Below, piece by piece: positions 47,708 through 56,794 of a stretch of 64,000 nucleotides of DNA. A model generated the notes under the pieces. It was not told where the DNA came from and searched no databases. It worked only from the letters and a program-made list of their open reading frames with translations. Made by a program: the position numbers and the translations under genes. Origin of the DNA: an uncultured Acidobacteriaceae bacterium. Lineage in GTDB: Bacteria; Acidobacteriota; Terriglobia; Terriglobales; Acidobacteriaceae. The stretch lies in the NCBI GenBank assembly GCA_963851165.1, contig CAWKNM010000001.1:234443-298442 (forward strand). Reading direction: 5' to 3'. Position 1 is the stretch's first letter. The number at the start of each line of letters is the position of its first letter.

Positions 47708-49675
47708 TCACTGCATCACGTACTGCGTGTTGATGTAGACATCGCCGCCGGCGGATGCGCCGACGTTGCAGTTGGCCGCCGTCACCTGCGGCAAAACCGA
47801 CAGTTGATGGTCGCCGGGAACTGGTATGGAAACCGGGCCTGAATTGAAAGTGGAAACGTTGCTAGGCATTGGGACGTTAGCGAGAGTTTGATTCGCCGTA
47901 TCGTCGTACACCTGGATGAAAGCCGGTTGACAGCTTGCATCTATAGAGGAATTGAGCCTCACGCTGAAACGGGTTATCAGGATGTTGTAATCGGGCACGA
48001 AGATGCCCCAGAAAGCGCCGGTGCCGAATCCACATTGCGCCAGACCGTTGCACATGCTGCCGACGAAAGTCGTGGAGAAGCTCATGTGCGGGTTGTGGCT
48101 CATTGGCGTGTCATTGTTCACGGACAAGCTGCTGGCTTTGACGTTGCCTTCCAGATTGATATTGCTGGTGCCGGTAAAATTGGTGATGGCCAGGTTGCCC
48201 GCTCCCTCGGAGTTGCCAGAGCCCGCAGAAAGGATCGCCCAGTTCTGCCCGCCGGTGCTGGTATTGTTCAGCTCAATCCAGGTGCCGAAAGTGCTCGAGT
48301 CCTGGAAAAGTGCCGGCAGGTACGTGCTGCTGCTGACTACCGTTAAGGGACTGGAAGGCGCTGCCGTGCCGATACCCACATTGCCGCCCGAGGCCAACAC
48401 CATCTCCGTGGCGTTGTTTTCGCGAAACAGAAGTTGCCCGCCCGCCGGACGGTTGAGGTAGGTGTTGATTCCTTCGCCGAGCAGCGAATAATTCGCGCAG
48501 CCCGTAGAGCCGCTCGCACCAAAGCCAATGCCTCCAAAGCCGCTGCTGCAACCCATGCTGTTAATGGCCGTGCTTCCGGTCACCAGACTGCCCGCGTTCA
48601 CATTACCCTCCAGCCAAATGGTGCTCTTGCCGGTAAGGTCGGTGATCGCGAAGTTTCCGGCGCCCTCGCCATTGCCTCCGGCTGCCGAAATGATGTTCCA
48701 GGTGTGGCCGCCCGCGCTGGTATTGCTCAGCGTCATCCAGCTGCCAAAGGTGCTGGAACTCTGCACGGAGAACGGTTGATAGCTGCCGTTGTTGATGACC
48801 GCCAGGTTGCCATTGACGGTTTGATTCCCGGTGAAGGTGTTGGCGGATGCGAGCTCGGGAATCTTCGTGGTGTCCAGATTCAAGGTAACGTTGCCGCTGG
48901 TGCCCCCGCCGAGAAGGCCCGATCCCGGCGTCACTCCCGTGATCGTGCCGGTCCCAACCGCGGCGCACGCCCACGAACTGCCATTCCATTGCAGCACCTG
49001 ACTGGCAGCGCAACTATTGGTCAGAGCCAGGTTGAGCGTACCGCTGGTTCCGCCGCCGGTCAGCCCGCTGCCGCTGGCGGTGGTTATCCCCGAAATCGTT
49101 CCCCCTCCGGCGAACACGATATCCAGTTCTGGCGGCTGGCTGGTGGCGGTGTTTTCCTTGCTGTCGAAGCTGGCATTCAGCGGGCTGTTGGCTACCAGTG
49201 CGATGCCGTCGTTTGGCTCGGTGCCGTCGAGCCACGCGTTCAAGGCGGGTGTGATGTCGATCACGATGTAGTCGTGCACGTTCGCGCTGGTCAGCGGCAC
49301 ACTACTGGCGAGCGTAGCGCCCAGCGCAGGCGCGAGATCAGCGGTGATGGTTTTTTCCGACCAGGTCCCGTTGACGTAGTCCACGTTGAAGCTGCCGGCG
49401 GTGGTCACGGCATTGACATAGAGCTTCAGCGTGGCCTTGGCGATGCTGGCGCTCGTATAGCCCGATGGGATCGACGACAGGTCGAACTGGATGTAAGTGG
49501 TTTGCGTACCGCTCTCGACGTCGAGCAGGGGCTTGGCGCCCAGCGTGGTGGTCGGCGTGGCGGTGTTGGTGTAGGCATCCCCGCTGGGCTTGATCTGGGC
49601 GGAGGCTGCGGTGCAACACCCCAGCATGATCAGCAACAACGTCGCCAGCCGTGACTGGTTATTCAAGTTCTTCAT
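47708..49675 (-). CDS. secreted multidomain protein: DNRLRE-type domain + tail-fibre-like repeats + Cys-containing C-terminal domain
   Basis: Signal peptide LATLLLIMLGCCTAASAQ. YIQFDLSSIP...ATLKLYVN...NGTWSEKTIT...DITPALNAWL fits the DNRLRE/CBM96-like layout. LLFRENNATEMVLASGGNVGIGTAAPSSPLTV is the motif common in tail-fibre-like proteins. ATG 49675 is preceded by ggag. Confidence 0.75.
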   Translation of the reverse strand: MKNLNNQSRLATLLLIMLGCCTAASAQIKPSGDAYTNTATPTTTLGAKPLLDVESGTQTTYIQFDLSSIPSGYTSASIAKATLKLYVNAVTTAGSFNVDYVNGTWSEKTITADLAPALGATLASSVPLTSANVHDYIVIDITPALNAWLDGTEPNDGIALVANSPLNASFDSKENTATSQPPELDIVFAGGGTISGITTASGSGLTGGGTSGTLNLALTNSCAASQVLQWNGSSWACAAVGTGTITGVTPGSGLLGGGTSGNVTLNLDTTKIPELASANTFTGNQTVNGNLAVINNGSYQPFSVQSSSTFGSWMTLSNTSAGGHTWNIISAAGGNGEGAGNFAITDLTGKSTIWLEGNVNAGSLVTGSTAINSMGCSSGFGGIGFGASGSTGCANYSLLGEGINTYLNRPAGGQLLFRENNATEMVLASGGNVGIGTAAPSSPLTVVSSSTYLPALFQDSSTFGTWIELNNTSTGGQNWAILSAGSGNSEGAGNLAITNFTGTSNINLEGNVKASSLSVNNDTPMSHNPHMSFSTTFVGSMCNGLAQCGFGTGAFWGIFVPDYNILITRFSVRLNSSIDASCQPAFIQVYDDTANQTLANVPMPSNVSTFNSGPVSIPVPGDHQLSVLPQVTAANCNVGASAGGDVYINTQYVMQ

Positions 49676-50077
49676 GACGCGCTCCAAATGTCTTTCTCGA
49701 ATTACTTTGAACAGAGCCGGGTCGCCTCTCCTTCTCTGGTTTCGATCTCTGACTTCGATTCCAGCCGATCCCCCCGGAGGACGACCCGGCCCGCTTCTAC
49801 CTATCCAATCCGGAAACCGCGAAGAAATTGGCTCACGGTCAGACAGGTTTTTTTCGAGGGATTCAACCGAGTACTTTTTCCGGCAGCATCTGGAGTGGAT
49901 CAACTACGCGCGATCGAAGCTCTAAATCCAGCCTGCGCAACATTTTGCAGCCCGACCGGCTGCGAACGATCCATGCTCGATCCACGCTCGAAGTGCATAC
50001 TCAAAGCACATTGACTTTCAGACCGAACCGGGATAGCTTTTTGCCCACTATCGGGGGCGTGAGGCCCGAGGTGAGCG

Positions 50078-50662
50078 ATGAAGCCCGCTTCGTCTAGCCA
50101 AGTCACATCGAACCAGGTCACGGAGTTGCTCGCGCGCTGGAGTAAGGGCGAGGACGATGCCCGCGAGAAGCTCGTTCCTCTGGTCTATGACGAACTCCGC
50201 CAAGTGGCGCGTCGATGCCTCGCCAGCCAGCCTCGCGATCAGACCCTGCAAAGTACTGCGCTCGTGCATGAGGCCTACTTGCGGCTCGTGGGTCGCAGCG
50301 ACGTGCACTGGCAGAATCGCGTTCATTTCTTTGCAGTAGCGGCTCGCATGATGCGCGGGATTCTGGTCGACCACGCCCGCATGCACGGCGCTGCCAAACG
50401 AGGAGGCAATGCCGTCACCTTGGTGCTCGATGACGCAGTCGCTCTCCCCAAGAAAAAAGAATTGGATGTGCTGGCTTTGGACGAGGCCCTGACCGGCCTG
50501 GCGGCGCTCGATGCCCGCCAGGGCCAGATTGTCGAACTCCGCTTCTTCGGCGGACTTTCGATCGAGGACACGTCGCGCGTGCTCAGTATTTCCCCAGCGA
50601 CAGTGAAGCGGGAGTGGGCCACGGCTCGCCTTTGGCTGCACAACGCCATGACTAAGACCTAG
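50078..50662 (+). CDS. ECF-type RNA polymerase sigma factor (PF07638/TIGR02999-like)
   Basis: VTELLARWSKGEDDAREKLVPLVYDELRQVARRCL...STALVHEAYLRLV and C-terminal region 4 LSIEDTSRVLSISPATVKREW. Confidence 0.88.
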   Translation: MKPASSSQVTSNQVTELLARWSKGEDDAREKLVPLVYDELRQVARRCLASQPRDQTLQSTALVHEAYLRLVGRSDVHWQNRVHFFAVAARMMRGILVDHARMHGAAKRGGNAVTLVLDDAVALPKKKELDVLALDEALTGLAALDARQGQIVELRFFGGLSIEDTSRVLSISPATVKREWATARLWLHNAMTKT

Positions 50663-50687
50663 CAAAACATTGCACAACGTCTGCCCT

Positions 50688-53636
50688 ATGACCCCCGAGC
50701 GCTGGCAACAAATAAAAGGTGTGCTGGATCAAGCCCTTGATCTTGCGCCCTCCGAACGAGCCGCGCTTCTGGATCGCGTCTGCTCCACCGATTCCTCCTT
50801 GCGGAAAGAGGTGGAAGTGCTTCTGGCTTCCGACGAGGAAGCCGGAGCTGACTTCCTGAATGAAATCCGGGGCCTGGATCTGGGCACGACCGTGGACCCC
50901 TACGAAAGTTCAGCAACAAGTTCAGCAACATCGGCACACAACTGGATCGGACGACGAGTTGGTCCTTACAAAATTGTCGAGCAGATTGGCGTGGGCGGCA
51001 TGGGCGAGGTTTATCGCGCCTTCCGAGCCGACGACCAGTACAAAAAGCAGGTTGCATTAAAAGTCGTGCGCGGAGGTCAGGATTCAGCTTTTGTAGTCAG
51101 CCGTTTCAGGAATGAGCGGCAGATTCTGGCCAGCCTCGACCATCCCAACATCGCTCGCCTGCACGACGGCGGCACCACCGAAGAGAGCGTTCTCTACTTC
51201 GTGATGGAGTTGATCGAAGGCCAGCCCATCGACCAATACTGTGTTCAGCATGAGCTTTCCGTCCCGGAAATCCTAGGCATCTTCCTGCAGGTATGTTCGG
51301 CGGTGCAATATGCGCATCAACGGCTGATCATCCATCGCGACATCAAACCGGGAAATATTCTGGTCGCCTCCGACGGCACGCCCAAGCTGCTGGATTTCGG
51401 CATCGCCAAGATTCTGGATACTGATGCAGTCGCAGGCGGATTTGAGCCAACACTCACCGAATTTCGAGTTCTGACCCCGGGCTATGCCAGTCCAGAGCAG
51501 GTGAAGGGAGAGCCCATCACTACCGCCAGTGACGTTTATTCCCTCGGCGTGGTGCTCTACGAACTGCTCACCGGCAAGCATCCTTATCGACGGATGAACA
51601 GCACGCCGCAGGAAATCGCCCACGCGGTTTGTGAAGTCGAACCCCCAAGACCAAGCACGGTTGTCCGCCGGATGGAGTCCACAGAAGCTCGCGAGTCGCG
51701 AGGATCTGCTACCCCTGCGAAAAGTCTCGACGCGACAGAAAAGCGCCGCAAGCTGTTGCGTGGCGATCTGGACAACATTGTGCTCATGGCCCTGCGCAAA
51801 GACCCCCAGCGGCGCTACGTTTCCGTCGAACAGTTCGCCGAAGACATCCGGCGCCATCTGGGGAATCTTCCGGTCCTCGCCCGCAACGACACTATTCGCT
51901 ACCGCGCGTCGAAGTTCGTCGCTCGACACCGGGCCGGTGTGACGGCAGCGGCAGTCGTCCTGGTCACCCTGCTGGCAGCCGTCGCAATCACCGCACGGCA
52001 GGCTCAGATTGCACGCCGGGAGCGGGCGCGCGCTGAACAGCATTTCAACGATGTCCGCACGCTGGCCAATTCTTTAATTTTCGAAATCCACGATTCTATT
52101 CAAAACCTGCCCGGCGCAACGGTTCCGCGTAAGCTGCTGCTCGACCGCGCGTTGCAGTATCTGGATAGCCTGGCCACGGAATCGAGCGGCGATGCTTCCC
52201 TGCAGCGGGAACTGGCGGCCGGCTACTTGCGCATCGGGGCCATCCAAGGGAGCACTGTGGACGCGAGTCTGGGGAAAACCGAGGATGCGTTGGCGAGCTA
52301 CAAGAAAGCGGTTGCAATTCGTAACGCCGTGGCCAAAGCGAATCCAAGTAGTGTAAGTGATCAACTGAACCTTGCCATTGCCCGGCGCAGTTTGGCGAGA
52401 ATGTTGGACAGTGCCGGTCGGCCCGGCGCGCGCGAGCAAGACGACGACGCTCTCGCAATCACTGGGCGCCTGGTGCAGCTTGGCAACACCAGTCTGGAGG
52501 TGCAAGCAGAGAGGTCGATCGAATACGAACTGCTTTCTGATCTTCAAAATGGGTCAGGCGATCCGGCCGGGGCTCTCGATTCAATGAGGAAGTCGTTCGC
52601 CATAACCCAGGAAATCCTCAAAGAGCACCCTCAGGACAGAAAGGTGCAGCACGGGGCTGCCATCGGCAATGTGAAAGTGGCGAACACGCTGTCGGAGATA
52701 GGATCGAGGACCGAGGCTCTGCAGTTCTACCGGACGGGCCTGGACCTGTTCGAAGCTTTGGCCAAGGATCAGACGGACGCCCGCTCGCGGCGCGAATTGG
52801 CGGTGGCAACTTTTTTCATGTCCAACACGCTGAGGATGAATGGAGACGCCGCGGGGGCTCTCGTGGCCAACAGGCGGGCTTTCGCGATCATCAAACCTAT
52901 GGTGAGCGCGGACCCACAGAACGCAACCCTTCAACTCGACCATGCAGGCGCACATGCAGCGCTCGGAATCGATCTGGTGATGCTTGGCAGATACGCCGAG
53001 GCAGAGGAAATGCTGCGCAAAGCCATTCAACTTTACCAGGAAGTTCTTGCCCGCAATCACGGCGACCTGCAAGCGCCGCACTACACAGGAACGAGCGAAA
53101 TTTGGCTGGGGGAAGCCTTTTCCGAAGAAGGGAAAATGCAGGAGGCATTGGACAACTATCAGAAGAGCATAGCGAATCTTGATGCTCCACATCTTGATGC
53201 CCCACAAAATGACGACCCCGATATGCGGACCGAGGTGTCGATCGGATACATCAGGCTCGGCAAAGCCCTGACAAGACTGGGACGCACAAAGGAAGCGCTC
53301 GCCTCTTACCGCAAAGCTCTGGCGATTGCCGAACCCCTGGCAGGGGAAAAGCCGCTGAGCTCGCAGGCTCTGTATGCCATCGCAGACGCTTACTTCGGTA
53401 TGGGAGAATTATCCAGAACGGGCGCCGCCAATTTTCCGGAGGCGTCGGGCGAATATAGGAAAAGATGGACCGTGGCGCGCGATTGGTACAGCAAAAGTAC
53501 AGATGCTTGGAACAAGATCCCCAACCCCGGGGCGGTGACCCCAAGCGGATTGCCGTGCGGCAATCCCAAAGCGGTCGCGCAGGCAATCGCGAAGTCTAAA
53601 ACAGTTCTTGTGCATCTGCGCGTCTCGCCGCCGTAA
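50688..53636 (+). CDS. Ser/Thr protein kinase with TM segment and long TPR-like C-terminal region
   Basis: N-terminal MTPERWQQIKGVLDQALDL module, then kinase motifs GVGGMGEVY, HRDIKPGNILV, DFGIAK, SPEQ. TM AAAVVLVTLLAAVAI. C-terminal TPR-like helices. Confidence 0.9.
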   Translation: MTPERWQQIKGVLDQALDLAPSERAALLDRVCSTDSSLRKEVEVLLASDEEAGADFLNEIRGLDLGTTVDPYESSATSSATSAHNWIGRRVGPYKIVEQIGVGGMGEVYRAFRADDQYKKQVALKVVRGGQDSAFVVSRFRNERQILASLDHPNIARLHDGGTTEESVLYFVMELIEGQPIDQYCVQHELSVPEILGIFLQVCSAVQYAHQRLIIHRDIKPGNILVASDGTPKLLDFGIAKILDTDAVAGGFEPTLTEFRVLTPGYASPEQVKGEPITTASDVYSLGVVLYELLTGKHPYRRMNSTPQEIAHAVCEVEPPRPSTVVRRMESTEARESRGSATPAKSLDATEKRRKLLRGDLDNIVLMALRKDPQRRYVSVEQFAEDIRRHLGNLPVLARNDTIRYRASKFVARHRAGVTAAAVVLVTLLAAVAITARQAQIARRERARAEQHFNDVRTLANSLIFEIHDSIQNLPGATVPRKLLLDRALQYLDSLATESSGDASLQRELAAGYLRIGAIQGSTVDASLGKTEDALASYKKAVAIRNAVAKANPSSVSDQLNLAIARRSLARMLDSAGRPGAREQDDDALAITGRLVQLGNTSLEVQAERSIEYELLSDLQNGSGDPAGALDSMRKSFAITQEILKEHPQDRKVQHGAAIGNVKVANTLSEIGSRTEALQFYRTGLDLFEALAKDQTDARSRRELAVATFFMSNTLRMNGDAAGALVANRRAFAIIKPMVSADPQNATLQLDHAGAHAALGIDLVMLGRYAEAEEMLRKAIQLYQEVLARNHGDLQAPHYTGTSEIWLGEAFSEEGKMQEALDNYQKSIANLDAPHLDAPQNDDPDMRTEVSIGYIRLGKALTRLGRTKEALASYRKALAIAEPLAGEKPLSSQALYAIADAYFGMGELSRTGAANFPEASGEYRKRWTVARDWYSKSTDAWNKIPNPGAVTPSGLPCGNPKAVAQAIAKSKTVLVHLRVSPP

Positions 53637-53705
53637 TCCGGCTCCGGCGCACAGAGATGGGGGATGCCCCGCTATTTGGCGTTCCCGCAGACGGCCGTAT
53701 TCGGA

Positions 53706-53754
53706 TGGTTGCGGGGGGGTGGATTTGAACCACCGACCTTTGGGTTATGAGCCC
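53706..53754 (-). pseudogene. 3' fragment (anticodon stem-loop to CCA) of an initiator-type tRNA-Met (CAT); no 5' half
   Basis: Minus strand reads GGGCTCATAACCCAAAGGTCGGTGGTTCAAATCCACCCCCCCGCAACCA. It has the GGG/CCC anticodon stem, CUCAUAA loop, T-arm GGTGG-TTCAAAT-CCACC and a CCCCGCAACCA-type end with one extra C. The upstream sequence cannot form acceptor or D arms. Confidence 0.75.
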
Positions 53755-54361
53755 CGGCGGTCAATCTAACTTGTTGTTGATTCGACGACTCTTACACCCC
53801 TCAACACCTGGTTTTGACCATTTTCGGGTCGATTCTTTGCCCAAGTTTTGCCCAAGTTTTTGGCCGCCAGAAGCCACGGCCGAGATTGTGCATCAGGGAA
53901 TCGCAATGCGGGGGCCCTACTAATATAAGGAGATCCTAGAACCGGATCCCAAAGCCGAATTCGCCGGGTTGTGCTGCAAAGTGGCTAGCGGGAGACATCT
54001 GCCCCTTGGATTGGCGCGTTACTGATCATGTGAGTGCTCAGCGCGGTCCTCATGGTAACGGGCAATATCCAAATTCGATATTGCTCGTCGACCATTGCAT
54101 TCCCAGTGAGCACCAAACAAAGGCTCCGATCGCGAGAGTTCAGGTGTTGTCTCGCAAAAATGAAGGGAAATGCGACGACTCTCAAGGATCTGGCAGATAT
54201 TCAGGACATCGACGACATTCCGACCCAGGCGCGCGATGTCAGCGACCCCAATGTGACTTCATTCGGCAGTTTCGTAATTCGTTGCTATGAACCGGGTAAC
54301 AATCCATTCATGCTTTGAATCTTGCCGCACGACATCTGATTTCCGCACAGCACGTCAGAGC

Positions 54362-55291
54362 TTATGTAGTCCTCCCAAACTGCTCCAGTCGGCGAATGCT
54401 GCGTTCGACTTTCTCGCGCTCGTGCGAATTCGCCGAGACATAAGGCCAGCACAGCCTGCTCTCGCAGATATTGAGCAGCGAAAGGCAGCACTTCAAGCCG
54501 CGCAGCAGTCCGGATTCCGGTTCCCCGATCGAATAGACTTCGCGAATGAACAAGTCGACCTGGGCTTGCAGAAGCCGCACGTCATCCATTCGGCCGTCGA
54601 CGAACGCATCGTAGAGCGAGACATAAAGGCGAGGAAAGGCGTTAGCTCCTCCGCTGATGCCGCCGTGAATTCCGGTGGCTAATCCCTTGGCCAGCAACCC
54701 TTCTGGCCCGACGAAGATTGCGAAATCTGGTCGCTGCCGAAAATGCCCGAGCGCAGCTTCCAGAAATTCAAAATTTCCCGAGCTGTCTTTAAAGCCGATG
54801 ACATTTGGAACATCGCCGCAAGTCTTGAGACTCGTCAACGTGTAGCGCACAAGATTAGGATTGGGGAGGTTATAGAGATAAATGGGAAGCGGACTATCGG
54901 CGGCGAAAGTCTTGATGCATCGGACAAGGTCATTCTGACTGAGTGGAAAATAATATGGAGGCGCGATCACGAGAGATTCCGCGCCCGCTTCCGCTGCGAC
55001 CTTCGCCATTGCCAGCATCTCAGTTCGCGAAGTATCGATGACCCCGACAATGACCGGTATTCGCCCATTAACCAGCTTGCAGGTTGTCTCAATCACCTCG
55101 CGGCGCACCCGATAGCTGAGGGCCGGTGCTTCGCCGGTCGTGCCCAGCACGAACAATCCGTGAATTCCACCGGAGATCATGTGCTCGACAAGCTTCTCTA
55201 ATCCGGCGACATCGAGCTCATCGTTACCCGCAAGCGGCGTAATCATGGGCGGGACAATGCCCCGCAAAGGTTTCTGGCGATCACTATTCAT
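54362..55291 (-). CDS. dihydrodipicolinate synthase family lyase (DapA/N-acetylneuraminate lyase-like)
   Basis: GIVPPMITPL, GLFVLGTTGE, IYLYNLP, Schiff-base Lys in VIGFKDSSG. Confidence 0.85.
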   Translation of the reverse strand: MNSDRQKPLRGIVPPMITPLAGNDELDVAGLEKLVEHMISGGIHGLFVLGTTGEAPALSYRVRREVIETTCKLVNGRIPVIVGVIDTSRTEMLAMAKVAAEAGAESLVIAPPYYFPLSQNDLVRCIKTFAADSPLPIYLYNLPNPNLVRYTLTSLKTCGDVPNVIGFKDSSGNFEFLEAALGHFRQRPDFAIFVGPEGLLAKGLATGIHGGISGGANAFPRLYVSLYDAFVDGRMDDVRLLQAQVDLFIREVYSIGEPESGLLRGLKCCLSLLNICESRLCWPYVSANSHEREKVERSIRRLEQFGRTT

Positions 55292-55324
55292 GCGGCTTCC
55301 TAAAGTCGATTGATTGACTTCGCA

Positions 55325-55640
55325 TCACTCTTCAACTGTCACGCCGAGAATCACCAGAGACGTATTTGGCTGATTCATTTCGTAGGAAATGCTCTTTAGT
55401 TTCTTCTGCGATATCTTGGATGACCTGTACAAAAGAAACTGATAATCCCCACGCTCCAAGATCTCAACATCTTTAGACAGCGAATTGCCGGTTGCGCCTC
55501 GAGAACAACGTTCTGACCCCGGGTCGCGTCGGCGATCTGGTTCGCGAGAGCGATTTCATAACCGCTTCTCAGGGGAATTTCTCGGGTTTCCGCGCGGTTT
55601 CGGCCGGATCTTTGGGATCGTTGAACCAGATCTCACTCCG
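55325..55640 (-). pseudogene. decayed ORF of unknown family between the SDR and lyase genes (needs at least two frame changes to read through)
   Basis: Minus-strand pieces EIWFNDPKDPAETARKPEKFP* / SGYEIALANQIADATRGQNVVLEAQP / GNSLSKDVEILERGDYQFLLY...VILGVTVEE* lie in three different frames, head to tail. Confidence 0.3.
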
Positions 55641-55746
55641 TAAATGGCTTTCTTGGTTTATTCACGATAGTCCTTATCCTTCACAATATGTGTCTGGGAC
55701 TGCTACCACGACTGCCATAACCAAAATAGAAATCCTCGCTGCGGCC

Positions 55747-56505
55747 TTAGCCTTGGGCCAGCAGACCACCATCGACGACCAACGAGGTTCCGGTGATGTA
55801 GGCGGCATCCCTCGAAGCCAGCATGCGAACTGAACGCGCGATATCTTCCGGAGTTGCCAGCCGACCCATCGGAATCTTGGCGAGCAGCCGCGCTTTATCT
55901 TCCGGCTTGTTCTCGAAATGTGCGCGAAGCAATTTGGTCTCAGTTGCTCCCGGAATCACGCAGTTCACGCGAATCCCATCCCGAGCACAGTCGATCGCCA
56001 TCGCCCGCATCATCGCGAGTTGACCACCCTTGCTCGCGGCGTAAACCGCATAGCCAGCGTAACTCTGGAAGGCATGTCCTGAGGAAGCAATAATGATGGA
56101 CCCGGATCGGCGCCGGCGCATGACAGGAACGACTTCGCGGCAACACAGGAATGTGCCTCTCAAGTTTGCAGAAATGACCCGCTCCCATTCTTCGTCCGTT
56201 GTTGAGTCGATCGGCTGGATCGCTTGTACGGCGGCATTGGCGAACAAAATATCAATTTTGCCCAACCGTTCTACTGTCTTTGCGATGGATGCTTTTACTT
56301 GTCGCGCATCGCCTACATCGGTCTTAATTGCCAGGCCGGTTCCGCCTTCGGCTTCGATTTCGCGAACCGTAGTTTTGGCCGAGTCCTCGTCCGAATCGAG
56401 GACAACGACCGCTGCCCTTTCTTGACCAAAAAGAATAGCGCACGCTTTACCGATGCCAGAACCGCCGCCGGTCACTACGATTACCTGATCTTTAAACTCA
56501 CCCAT
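55747..56505 (-). CDS. SDR family oxidoreductase (FabG-like)
   Basis: TGGGSGIG, NAAV, catalytic YAASKGG, PGATET. Confidence 0.88.
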   Translation of the reverse strand: MGEFKDQVIVVTGGGSGIGKACAILFGQERAAVVVLDSDEDSAKTTVREIEAEGGTGLAIKTDVGDARQVKASIAKTVERLGKIDILFANAAVQAIQPIDSTTDEEWERVISANLRGTFLCCREVVPVMRRRRSGSIIIASSGHAFQSYAGYAVYAASKGGQLAMMRAMAIDCARDGIRVNCVIPGATETKLLRAHFENKPEDKARLLAKIPMGRLATPEDIARSVRMLASRDAAYITGTSLVVDGGLLAQG

Positions 56506-56601
56506 GAAACTCGCCCATGCGCCGCCCGTTCATTCTGGTTAGGCCGGAGGTCGCGTGTCAAGCACGGATTCGGAATGCATGCCGAATCTGTAGAATTGAA
56601 A

Positions 56602-56793
56602 TCACAACTGAATTCTACGCTCCGATTTCATCGGAGTAGCTGACCAACCCAATGCGACGGAAATCTTGCGTGCCGTTTCACGAACGGCCCGTTTGATCGG
56701 TTCGGTTTGTGGTCCGATGCGAACCGAGGGCCCCGAGACGCTCATGAGGGCGATTAGCATGGGCTCCGGTCCAAAAGTGGCGACCCGAAACAT
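56602..56793 (-). pseudogene. C-terminal fragment of an IclR/KdgR-type regulator (HTH and most of the effector domain missing)
   Basis: PEPMLIALMSVSGPSVRIGPQTEPIKRAVRETARKISVALG matches the IclR C-terminal ...isvsgP..R.......ar.IS..lG pattern. Only about 60 codons remain. Confidence 0.55.
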
Positions 56794-56794
56794 T

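Noticed and set aside
53706-53800. A complete tRNA-Met gene
   Set aside because: Only the 3' 49 nt fit. The preceding approximately 30 nt (…caacaagttagattgaccgccg) cannot pair with the acceptor 3' strand or form a D-arm.
53985-54290. ORFs 53985..54185(-) and 54006..54290(+) in the island remnant
   Set aside because: They have no motifs, overlap each other and have poor composition. Only the short acidic-leader ORF in the third frame looked worth flagging.
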